Of a stretch of DNA of 42,278 nt, positions 19,629-28,390 are shown piece after piece. The stretch comes from Candidatus Thorarchaeota archaeon (GTDB lineage Archaea; Asgardarchaeota; Thorarchaeia; Thorarchaeales; Thorarchaeaceae): positions 1 through 42,278 of the forward strand of contig JAEOUG010000049.1 of assembly GCA_016839445.1 (NCBI GenBank), written 5' to 3'. Both the position numbers and the translations under genes were made by a program. Positions within the stretch are counted from its first letter, which is position 1; each line of letters starts with the position of its first letter. The notes under the pieces were generated by a model. The model was given only the letters and a program-made list of their open reading frames with translations. It had not been told where the DNA came from and searched no databases.

Positions 19629-21287
19629 ATGGTCAGGCAGATTGCTCTTGATTTCCTGCACAAGTCAACGAAAACTAAGATTGCACCTGACAGAGAAGAT
19701 GTCGCATTGGCCATAGCCTACATCCTTGCTGAGTCCAACATGAAGAGTAAGGCCAATCTGAAGTTTCTCTCTCCAGTCACCATCCCGTTCTGGATAGTCC
19801 AGATGTCAGACACGAGTTCCATTGTGCTCTCTTCGTTAGGGGAGTCTTCTGTGAAGCTGGAAATGAGCGAGGATACTGCCACAGGACCAGTCAAGAGAAT
19901 CCTGAGCAGTGAAACCAGGCGTTTCGAGGACATCCCAGAAGGCGTTGAGAAGGCAGTGCCCCTCCTTAAGAGAATCGAGCCTAAGGTTCACCACGCCAGG
20001 AACATCCAAGAGCCAGGCCTCTTTGCCTCACTGGGCAATTACTATCGAGAAGTGGATCCGAACGAGAAGCCATTCGCCCTCGAGATGAAGACTGACGCCA
20101 GCACTGCCCTAAGCATCAGTGAGGACTTCCGTTCTATGCTCGACGAGGCGCGTACCAGACATGCTACAATGGACGAAGTCCACAGAATCACCAAGGAGAA
20201 GCTCACAGACCAGATGAAGGTCATGGAGAATGTCCATGCCGCTGAGATGGCGAGATGGGAGAAGAGACTTAGCCAACAGGAGAGCTCCTCGAACGAGCGA
20301 GTCGAGAAGCTCAAGGAACGCCTCTCAGAGAGGGTCTATAGGCTCAGAGAAACACAGGAAAAGAACGTTCGTGCCATACTTGCAGAATTCGTTCGGGACT
20401 CCGTCGAGATTGAGCGATTCTTCTCAAAGATAGTGGAGGACATCAAATCGACACGTGAGCAGCTCCCCGAGATGTCTATTCAGGAGGCTGTGGACAAGTA
20501 CAGAGCTCTCGTTGACGACCTAGCTATCGGAGTGCCAGCATATACTGATGTGACAGACTCGCTTGATGACTTGGCATCAGCATCCCTCCTCAGAGTTGAT
20601 GACCTCGCGCAGAAACTTGAAGACGACATCAGGAAGGAAGAAGACGCCGTTGCAGATCAAGTCCAAGAGCTGCATGACAAGCTGGACGAGCTCAAGGCAG
20701 AGATGAAGGAAAAAGAGAATGAGCAGAACGCCCTGAGAAAGAAGGTCATGGAGTCCATTGATACTATGGACGGCCTGGTCGAGAAGCGCGTTGGAGACCT
20801 GAGGAAAGAGCTTGAGCAGGTTCAGAGATTGACACTGTCAAATGATGCAATCAGGAACCTTGCTCCACTGACCCTCCTTCACGTCACCGTTTGGGTTGCT
20901 ACCTACACGAAGGGGCCGCCTGTGGTCTTCGGACCATGCATGACTCCCGAGGACAGGTTTGGTACACCTCTGGTGACCCAGCCACTGGACAAGGACTTCG
21001 ATTCATACCTCCAGAAACTCATCAGGGCATCAATGAAGGATAGCGCCTCATTCAAGAACGCGCTCAACACGACATGCAGTGATGCGAACGTTCTGAAGAA
21101 CACAGAGTCAGCCACCCTGTTGAAGAAAGGGATGAAGGAGCTCTTCACCAGACAGCTTCTGAAAGAAGGAGTGCAGGAGAAGATCGAGTCTCGATATACA
21201 ACGCTTGTTGGAAGATGTCCGGAATGCGGTGCGGAGATACCACCAAACGCCAAGTTCTGCAATGACTGCGGAAAGTCACTACAATAG
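19629..21287 (+). CDS. Long coiled-coil protein with C-terminal zinc ribbon, function unknown
   Basis: E/K/R/L-rich helical centre; terminal CPECG..NAKFCNDCG zinc ribbon. Confidence 0.8.
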   Translation: MVRQIALDFLHKSTKTKIAPDREDVALAIAYILAESNMKSKANLKFLSPVTIPFWIVQMSDTSSIVLSSLGESSVKLEMSEDTATGPVKRILSSETRRFEDIPEGVEKAVPLLKRIEPKVHHARNIQEPGLFASLGNYYREVDPNEKPFALEMKTDASTALSISEDFRSMLDEARTRHATMDEVHRITKEKLTDQMKVMENVHAAEMARWEKRLSQQESSSNERVEKLKERLSERVYRLRETQEKNVRAILAEFVRDSVEIERFFSKIVEDIKSTREQLPEMSIQEAVDKYRALVDDLAIGVPAYTDVTDSLDDLASASLLRVDDLAQKLEDDIRKEEDAVADQVQELHDKLDELKAEMKEKENEQNALRKKVMESIDTMDGLVEKRVGDLRKELEQVQRLTLSNDAIRNLAPLTLLHVTVWVATYTKGPPVVFGPCMTPEDRFGTPLVTQPLDKDFDSYLQKLIRASMKDSASFKNALNTTCSDANVLKNTESATLLKKGMKELFTRQLLKEGVQEKIESRYTTLVGRCPECGAEIPPNAKFCNDCGKSLQ

Positions 21288-21299
21288 GCCATCCCTCCC

Positions 21300-22019
21300 C
21301 TAGTCATCCATGAACTCATCGAGAGGAATGGTGACGTAGTATCTGGGAACGTCGCGTGCTCGTTCGGAGACCCGATCTGCCAGATGAGGATGATTCGTGA
21401 GTGTATAGACAACACGCATCGGAGTCACACCAACGCGTACGTGCACTTGGCAGCACGACAGCATGGACTGTCCCACGCGAGGCGAACCCGAGGGTGTTGT
21501 GCCTTCAGACGACACTACACAGAGTAAGTGATTGTTCAAGGACATCTGCATCAGGATTGCCGCCATATGAGTCACCTGCTGGGTTCTGGCAGCATCTATC
21601 CCTTCACCAAGGAATATGTCAACAAGACCGGGGAGAAGAACAACTCTGGCCTGCGCACATCGGATGAAGCTCTCCAGATGATTGGCAACAAGGTCGTAGG
21701 TCTGCGAAGAGTTGAAGGCACGCGAAACATGTATTCGCCTGAAGACCTCTTCAGGTTCAAGGCCCTTCCTACTGGCCATGTCAGCAAGGCGGGTGGTGTT
21801 GATCATGTTGACGCTGTCAATCATCACAACTCCTCCCAGTGTAGCGCCTTGGACAGCAATCTGCATTAGTTCATCTCGGAGGCTCGAGTCACCATAGAGC
21901 AGGTGGACAAGTCCCACCTCCAGACCTCCGCCTAGAATCTCATCCAGCTCCTGCGAGCCGCTGGGTAAAACTGCTCGTGAAACCAAGTCAGCAGTGATGA
22001 ACGGTTGCCTGAGGACCAA
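21300..22019 (-). CDS. RadA/Rad51-family paralog with degenerate Walker A and B motifs
   Basis: SGSQELDEILGGGL, MIDSVN, RIHVSRAFN motifs; Walker A reads GDSSLRDE. Confidence 0.82.
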   Translation of the reverse strand: MVLRQPFITADLVSRAVLPSGSQELDEILGGGLEVGLVHLLYGDSSLRDELMQIAVQGATLGGVVMIDSVNMINTTRLADMASRKGLEPEEVFRRIHVSRAFNSSQTYDLVANHLESFIRCAQARVVLLPGLVDIFLGEGIDAARTQQVTHMAAILMQMSLNNHLLCVVSSEGTTPSGSPRVGQSMLSCCQVHVRVGVTPMRVVYTLTNHPHLADRVSERARDVPRYYVTIPLDEFMDD

Positions 22020-22253
22020 CAGGGTTGACGCTCCTGTGAATATTGTAGCACATTCACCTCTGAGGATTTGTGTGTCGAAACGCAGCAGAGAACGAGTAGC
22101 TAAATGGATTCATGTGACAACAAGGCTGCGTAGCGGTTGGCAAGAAGATATGAGCCTAAATCGAGTCATGCATCATGATTGTGGCTCGTCCCCTGTCACG
22201 CACTGATACTCCATTCCGCAATCCTAATATCGGTTGAAATTAACTATAGTTAT

Positions 22254-22682
22254 ATGCCCCACTTCGGATTGATCGACGACACGCTGGACCCAGAGGAAGC
22301 CGCTCTGCTCAGGGCAAGACTGCATGTGAGGGGAGCCAACGCGAGAATGAACCGAGGACAGACGGCCGATGCGATTGCGGCTCTGTATGATGCATTCTCG
22401 ACCGCGATGGATCTTCATCTTCTCAGGATCAGTGACAGAGATGGGTCCAAAGCGGCCGACGATCGTGAGGCCTTCGCGATACTGAGTCATGTCGGCATAC
22501 TAGACGCACCGATGGATGAGTTTGCTGTCCTTGAGAAGACACTGGATGAGGCCATTGCTGGTAGAACGAGTGAAGGAAGCTTCCTTCGGTTCCTCTCGAT
22601 TGTGGAACACATGCTAATCAGACTCGGTATCGTTCCATTTCCCGAGGCAACTCTTCCGGAGGGAGAATCTGTAACCACTTGA
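22254..22682 (+). CDS. Hypothetical all-helical protein (loosely HEPN-like)
   Basis: Coding-like composition from MPHFG onward; ATG 22254 preferred to the track start 22179. Confidence 0.65.
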   Translation: MPHFGLIDDTLDPEEAALLRARLHVRGANARMNRGQTADAIAALYDAFSTAMDLHLLRISDRDGSKAADDREAFAILSHVGILDAPMDEFAVLEKTLDEAIAGRTSEGSFLRFLSIVEHMLIRLGIVPFPEATLPEGESVTT

Positions 22683-22777
22683 GGCGGCCGATGAGCATAC
22701 AACCTGAGATTCACCAAGATTTATCTTGAGGGTTTGCAAGCAGAGGGGTGACTCTCTCACATCAAGGAGGCGCTTGA

Positions 22778-23440
22778 TTGTCGAACGATATACCATCAAC
22801 AGGAGCGATGACGGAGCGTGGCTTCTTCGCAGACCTTCCGAAGTACTTCCTACATGGAATTCTGTACGCCATCGTTACAGCCGTTGCAGGCTCAGTTGTC
22901 AGCGCAATCGGTGCAGGATTCTCCATGATCCTTGTCCCAGTGTCCGCTGCTGCTGGCGACATTGTGGGATGGATCCTAGCAATCATCCTTCTTGTCCTGC
23001 TTCTAGGGTTCTCGCTCCTTGTAGTGGGAGTAATCAATGCCTACCTGTCGGCCACGTTTTGGAAGGTTTCAAGCCCTATGAACTGGAAAAGCTTGATTGG
23101 CCATGGTGGAGCGCTCGTGCTCCTGCTCTTCTTGTTCGGTACTCCGGCAATGCTGCTTGACTTCTTCTTGTTCGGCGTGGATCCTATGATTCTCATTCTG
23201 ATCCTTCTACCAAGAGTTGTCATCTACTCTCTCATCTACGGTTACACAGGGAGGTTCGTCGCCCTCGGATTTGGTGAAGTGCCAGTTGCCATCTCTGTCA
23301 CAAACGTACCAGCAGGCCTTCTGTCGACATGTCCCAATTGCGATGTAGAAACACTCTGCAAGCTTGCCGAGGATGAGGAAAGCAAAGTGATCACATGCAC
23401 AAATTGCGGGCTGCCCTTCGAGGTTCTTCGGCCCACCTAG
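22778..23440 (+). CDS. Membrane protein (about 4 TM) with C-terminal zinc ribbon
   Basis: Hydrophobic helices, CPNC...CTNC; GGAGG upstream of the TTG start. Confidence 0.75.
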   Translation: MSNDIPSTGAMTERGFFADLPKYFLHGILYAIVTAVAGSVVSAIGAGFSMILVPVSAAAGDIVGWILAIILLVLLLGFSLLVVGVINAYLSATFWKVSSPMNWKSLIGHGGALVLLLFLFGTPAMLLDFFLFGVDPMILILILLPRVVIYSLIYGYTGRFVALGFGEVPVAISVTNVPAGLLSTCPNCDVETLCKLAEDEESKVITCTNCGLPFEVLRPT

Positions 23441-23448
23441 AGGAACAC

Positions 23449-24570
23449 CTACAGCTCACTCAACATTTCTGAGACTAGGTCCAACGCACCAGAGAGATAA
23501 TCAGCCTCACAGCCGTATCCTAGCCTAAGATGCCCTGCGACTCCGAAGTGTTCTCCTGGCGTGAGGAGTACGCTCTTCTCCCTTAGTAGGCGGTGAACGA
23601 ATTCTAGGCTCGTGATTGATAGATTGATTCGCGGGAAGCATATCGCGGCGGCCTGCGGAGCTAGATAGTCGAAGGTTTCTCCATGAGAATCCATCCAGTC
23701 CCTGAGCAGCGGCCAGTTCTTATTGACAATCCTGTGCGTCCTCGTTTCAAGCATCTTTCTCGTGTCAGGCTGCAGCGCAATCGTTGCCAGCCAGTCACTT
23801 AGCGCAGAAGGGCATATGGTGGTGTAGTCAGAGTAGGCCCAGAGCTCATTGGCTATCTTCTCAGATGGTGTGATTGCCCAGCCAAGTCGAAGTCCAGGAA
23901 GACCAAATGCCTTTGACAGACTGGCGGTCACGAAGACCTTCTCGTGCAAATCGAACATGGATGGAGTCTTGTTGCCATCCAGTTCAGCACCCTGATAGAC
24001 CTCGTCAGAAATAACCCAAAGGCTGTTGTCTTCTGCGATGTCAGCGATGGCCTTCATCTCTTGGCTGTCCAAGATAGAGCCACACGGATTATTTGGGTTG
24101 CACACCGCAATAGCAATGACATCTTTGGAGAGCCCGGCTTTGAGCCCTTCAAGATCGACCTCCCATCGGTTCCTTCCCATCATGAGGCGGAAAGGAACTA
24201 CTGAGCCTCCAAGAGCCTTCCAGACTCCCTGAATCTGCATATAGTTCGGAGTCATGAGCAGTATCTTGCCTGCAGGGTTGATCTCCTTGAGAAGCCACCA
24301 GGAAACCAGGAAGTTGGCCTCTGCCCCACCGTTCGTAACGAGCACGCTCTCTGCACCAACCGGGAAAGGAAGCGAGATTGCCTCCCTCAGCGGTATGGTG
24401 CCATTGGTCTGAGTGTATCCAAGAGGAATCTTCAGCAAGTCCTCGACCTGACCAGGAGACAGGAACTCACTGACCGAGAGAGGCTTAACACCGCTCTCAG
24501 ACAGATTGTATTTGACGAGATGCTCCCACTCAGATTGGATTCGCTCGAGCTCGAAGGTCTCAAGATTCAT
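23449..24570 (-). CDS. PLP-dependent aminotransferase class I/II
   Basis: NPNNPCG, SDEVY, SLSKAFGLPGLRLGW, LRLGYG motifs. Confidence 0.93.
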   Translation of the reverse strand: MNLETFELERIQSEWEHLVKYNLSESGVKPLSVSEFLSPGQVEDLLKIPLGYTQTNGTIPLREAISLPFPVGAESVLVTNGGAEANFLVSWWLLKEINPAGKILLMTPNYMQIQGVWKALGGSVVPFRLMMGRNRWEVDLEGLKAGLSKDVIAIAVCNPNNPCGSILDSQEMKAIADIAEDNSLWVISDEVYQGAELDGNKTPSMFDLHEKVFVTASLSKAFGLPGLRLGWAITPSEKIANELWAYSDYTTICPSALSDWLATIALQPDTRKMLETRTHRIVNKNWPLLRDWMDSHGETFDYLAPQAAAICFPRINLSITSLEFVHRLLREKSVLLTPGEHFGVAGHLRLGYGCEADYLSGALDLVSEMLSEL

Positions 24571-24619
24571 GAGGGGCGTTTGGTGGCATCCACCATATGA
24601 ACCCTGCTCTGAAACGAGG

Positions 24620-24660
24620 AAAAGAAGAATTGGCTGACGAGATGCGAGGGTCTCGCCAGC
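24620..24660 (-). terminator. Stem-loop plus T-tract downstream of 24671-25198
   Basis: Minus strand gctggcgaga-N8-tctcgtcagc (10 bp, one G:U), then caattcttctttt. Confidence 0.55.
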
Positions 24661-24670
24661 TGCTTCGGGT

Positions 24671-25198
24671 CTAGAAGTCGCCCTGTTCTTTCACAGTCTT
24701 CTTCACACCGGTGCAGATAGAGCTGTAGTTTGTCAGCTTCCACTGTCCAGCGTTGTTCTTGGCCACCTGTACCGGCGTGGGAAGGTCTTTCCCGCCGCTC
24801 TTGATGAAGATCTTCAGGCCCTTTCCGTGCTCCTGCTTGCTGGCCACTGTCATGGTCAGCGCACTCTCCTTAATGCTGTAGTTGTTCTCCGGAGTGCCGC
24901 CGACGTACGAGCGTGCGATGTTCTTGTTGCCCTTGAACTGGCCAATGTAGTACTTGGCGCTTCGGCCCAACTTCAGGCCCGACGGTGACGATCCATCCTC
25001 AACACAGTCATTCTTTGATACGACCGCAGTCATCATGGCATCCGCAAGTTTCGGGTCGGATTCAACATTGAGTGCGGCAATCAAGTAATACATGATGCTG
25101 TCTTCAGGTGAGCCTGCATCCTTCTCCCACTGACTCTTGAACTCGGGAAATGACTTGATCATCTTCTTTGTGACTTTCCCCATCATTCGAAACCTCAA
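24671..25198 (-). CDS. DUF6935-like hypothetical protein
   Basis: RSYVGGTPENNY and SGGKD.PTP...GQW motifs as recalled for this family; start probably ATG 25185. Confidence 0.6.
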   Translation of the reverse strand: MRFRMMGKVTKKMIKSFPEFKSQWEKDAGSPEDSIMYYLIAALNVESDPKLADAMMTAVVSKNDCVEDGSSPSGLKLGRSAKYYIGQFKGNKNIARSYVGGTPENNYSIKESALTMTVASKQEHGKGLKIFIKSGGKDLPTPVQVAKNNAGQWKLTNYSSICTGVKKTVKEQGDF

Positions 25199-25239
25199 GC
25201 GCAGTATCTCCCCGTATTCAAAAACCTTCGTAGGGGGAA

Positions 25240-25845
25240 TCAGTCAATGATGTCACGTAGGACCGTACTGCCTTCCGTCAAGCCCCAGGCACAGAAAGCA
25301 AGCTGTGACCATCTTTCGAAGGCATTCTTTGATTCATTCTTCAGCTCTGAGAAATAGAGAGTCAGTATGATGCCGTGACTTACGATGAGAGTGGCTTCTT
25401 GTTTCTCAGATTCAACTTTCTCAATGCCCGTCTTGAACCTGGCAATTGCGTGCTCAGCAGATTCCCAATCTTCGACGCGTTGATCTGGCAGAGCCATTGC
25501 CCTTCTTACACGCGCTTCGTATTCCTCACGGGCGAGAACTGGTGACTTCCCGCGGTCAAGTTCTCTGAACTTCTTGCATTTCACTATCTCACAGCCAAGC
25601 CTCTCAGCCACAATCTCCCCGGTTAGCACCGCCTTCATTTCGTTGGATGTAATCACTCGGGCTACTTCATCGAAGACAGCTGAGTCAGCCAGCGCTCTGC
25701 ACGCATCTTCCCCTCGCTGCGTTAGGAGCCACTCCGACACGGGGCGGCTAGCGTCAATCTCTGTTTCTGCATGTCGAAGGAAGAACAGCCGTGTCAATAA
25801 CCAGTACACTCCGAGAAGGCGCAGACGCCTTGCGAGATCAGCCAT
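25240..25845 (-). CDS. Histidine phosphatase (phosphoglycerate mutase-like) family protein
   Basis: FFLRHAET, S...KA..T, RELD, WES, IVSHG motifs; true start probably TTG near 25797. Confidence 0.88.
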   Translation of the reverse strand: MADLARRLRLLGVYWLLTRLFFLRHAETEIDASRPVSEWLLTQRGEDACRALADSAVFDEVARVITSNEMKAVLTGEIVAERLGCEIVKCKKFRELDRGKSPVLAREEYEARVRRAMALPDQRVEDWESAEHAIARFKTGIEKVESEKQEATLIVSHGIILTLYFSELKNESKNAFERWSQLAFCAWGLTEGSTVLRDIID

Positions 25846-26059
25846 TCAAGCCAGTAGGACCTCAAAAGGTGCTGCGTGTAGCAAGGGCGTGGACGTCAAC
25901 AAGGAATCATTGGGTGTGGTAACGATGGAATTGCTACCATGATTTCTCGTCGGCGTCCACACGTTTGGTATCACTCTCATCGTACTAAAGCGTTCCCATT
26001 CTTGATGCACCACGACGAAATGTTGATAACAATTGTTAACGATTCGTCGATGAGCAAAG

Positions 26060-26518
26060 ATGTTTCCAAGTGTTACTGGCTCGAATCTCAATAAGGAACA
26101 GAAGATAGTCCCGCAGGACCTAGATGGCGAGCTCAACGTCGTCATAGTAGCATATCAGCAATGGCACCAGAGGCTTGTGAACAGCTGGGTTCCATTCTTG
26201 CAGGAACTTGACGCCAGGTATCCTGAGTTCGAGTACTATGAGCTTCCGACGATTAGGAGGATGAACACCATCTACCGAAGGTTCATCGACGGAGGCATGC
26301 GAGCTGGGATTCCCTCAACTGAAACGCGCTGCAGGACCATCACACTCTACATCGACAAGAAAGCATTCAACGATGCGCTAGGGATCACTTCAGAAGAGAA
26401 CATACACATCTTCCTGATTCGTAGGGGCGGGGAGATCCTCTGGAGAGGAGAGGGCCCAATAACAGAAGAACTCGCCACATCGCTCGAAGAGGCGCTCAGC
26501 AGCATCGCCAGCAAGTAG
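26060..26518 (+). CDS. ATP10-like thioredoxin-fold protein
   Basis: FPSVTGSNL...VP.DL, V.SW, GGMRAGIP, GEILWRGEG pattern; no CxxC. Confidence 0.65.
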   Translation: MFPSVTGSNLNKEQKIVPQDLDGELNVVIVAYQQWHQRLVNSWVPFLQELDARYPEFEYYELPTIRRMNTIYRRFIDGGMRAGIPSTETRCRTITLYIDKKAFNDALGITSEENIHIFLIRRGGEILWRGEGPITEELATSLEEALSSIASK

Positions 26519-26533
26519 AATCTCATCTGGTGT

Positions 26534-28390
26534 CTATCTTCTCTGAGCAGATTTGATAGCAAGCTCCGGCGTTTCATCTGCACTCACCACAGACTCCGGA
26601 ATGTCAGTGATTCCTTGGTGTGCGTAGTAGGTCTCGTAGAGCGTTCTGTAGATGCCACCAGTTGCTAACAGATGTTCATGCGTACCCTCTTCGACTAGAC
26701 GTCCTCCATCAAAGACCAAGATTCTGTCGGCATTGGCAATAGTGCTCAGGCGGTGTGCGATGACAACAGTAGTTCTATCAGCGAAGAGTGTGTCCTGGGC
26801 CTTCTGAACAAGTGACTCCGAATAGGCGTCTAGGCGACTAGTGGCTTCATCGAGAATCAAGATCCGCGGATTGGCCACGAGGGTCCGCACTATCGTGATC
26901 ATCTGACGCTGGCCGGAACTGAGGTTCTTCCCTCCCTCAAGGACTTTGGAGTCGTACCCTTCGGGCAAGGTCTCTATGAACTCGCAGGCGCGCGTCTTGT
27001 GACACAGGTCCTTGATGGTATCGTCGTCAACCTCAGGACTCCCATATTTCATGTTCTCCATGACCGTGCCATCAAAGAGATAGGGTTCCTGCGATACAAG
27101 CGCGACAGCGCCGTGAAGAGACTTCAATGTCACCTCAGAAATGTCTTGGTCTCCAACCATGATCTTGCCCTCCTGTGGGTCATAGAAGCGGTTGACGAGA
27201 GAGGCCACTGTTGTCTTCCCTGCCCCCGTCGCGCCAACTATAGCAACAGTGGTGCTTGGCTCAATCACGAAGCTCACGTCTACCAACACCACAGTGCCAG
27301 GGACATATGAGAAGCTGACTCGGTCAAACGTGATTCCATCGCTCAGAGGACTGAGTGGGACTGCATTCTCCGCTTCAGTCAAGGAGGGCTTTGCCTCGAT
27401 GACATCTGAAACCCTATCCATTGCCGCAAGAGATGCCTGCACCTGAGCGCCATTGAGGCTCATTATTAGAAGCGGGAACATGAAGCGCTGGACAAGCACT
27501 GTTCCTAGGAACAGCTCACCTATTGTTAGAACCGCCGCGGTACCTGTGGCCAGGCCAGCCCCAACGTAGAGGACAGCAGCCAGTATGAATACTGCAGTGG
27601 CTTGAACAGTTGGAAACAGGAATGTGAAGAAGAGAGTGAGTCTGAAATTGTGACGATAGGCTTCGTTGTTCAGCTTGTAGAGCTCGCTTGAGGTCTCATC
27701 TTCACGATTGAACGTCTTTGCCACTTGGATTCCACTGAGATTCTCGGCGATCTGTCCCGACACCCTTCCGTATGCTCTTTGAGTGGCAAGCATAGTCCGC
27801 TGTCCGACCGTGCCGTACAGGACTGTCATCACTAGAACAACCGGGAGCGTGATCAAGGCGGTTGCGGCAACAACCGGCGATGTGAACCAGAGAACGAGGA
27901 AGGTCACAACTAGCAGAACTAGCTGACCGCCAGTGTCCATGAGGACCTGAATTCCAGTGCTGAGGGCATCCGTATCTGAGGTCACTCTCGAGGTGACATT
28001 GCCACTCTGTTCGCCCTTGTGATAGGCGAGGTCGGCATCCACGAGGTGTTCGTAGACATCCTGCTGGACGCTCTGGACGAAGCCAGCCTGGGCCTTGGCA
28101 ATCACTCTCGTGTAGACAGACCCAGCGACCCATGAGGCGACTCGGAGCCCGAAGTAGAGGAGCGTCAACCAGAGAATCGCCGACAGCCCAGTGCTCCCTA
28201 CCAAGGCAACATCGATGCCCTGGGACAGGATGATAGGACTGACGGCGTCAACAGAGCTTGCGATGATGGAGATGATAGCACCATAGATGATGATTCTCCT
28301 GAAGCCTGAGAAGTATCCACCCATTCTGCGTAGAAGCAGCCCCACAGGGCGCTTCCGCTGCTTATCTTGGGGCATGCCTCTCATGCTCAT
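26534..28390 (-). CDS. ABC exporter subunit (TMD+NBD), consensus Walker B/H-loop half
   Basis: GATGAGKT, LSSGQ, LILDEATS, IAHRL motifs. Confidence 0.93.
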   Translation of the reverse strand: MSMRGMPQDKQRKRPVGLLLRRMGGYFSGFRRIIIYGAIISIIASSVDAVSPIILSQGIDVALVGSTGLSAILWLTLLYFGLRVASWVAGSVYTRVIAKAQAGFVQSVQQDVYEHLVDADLAYHKGEQSGNVTSRVTSDTDALSTGIQVLMDTGGQLVLLVVTFLVLWFTSPVVAATALITLPVVLVMTVLYGTVGQRTMLATQRAYGRVSGQIAENLSGIQVAKTFNREDETSSELYKLNNEAYRHNFRLTLFFTFLFPTVQATAVFILAAVLYVGAGLATGTAAVLTIGELFLGTVLVQRFMFPLLIMSLNGAQVQASLAAMDRVSDVIEAKPSLTEAENAVPLSPLSDGITFDRVSFSYVPGTVVLVDVSFVIEPSTTVAIVGATGAGKTTVASLVNRFYDPQEGKIMVGDQDISEVTLKSLHGAVALVSQEPYLFDGTVMENMKYGSPEVDDDTIKDLCHKTRACEFIETLPEGYDSKVLEGGKNLSSGQRQMITIVRTLVANPRILILDEATSRLDAYSESLVQKAQDTLFADRTTVVIAHRLSTIANADRILVFDGGRLVEEGTHEHLLATGGIYRTLYETYYAHQGITDIPESVVSADETPELAIKSAQRR

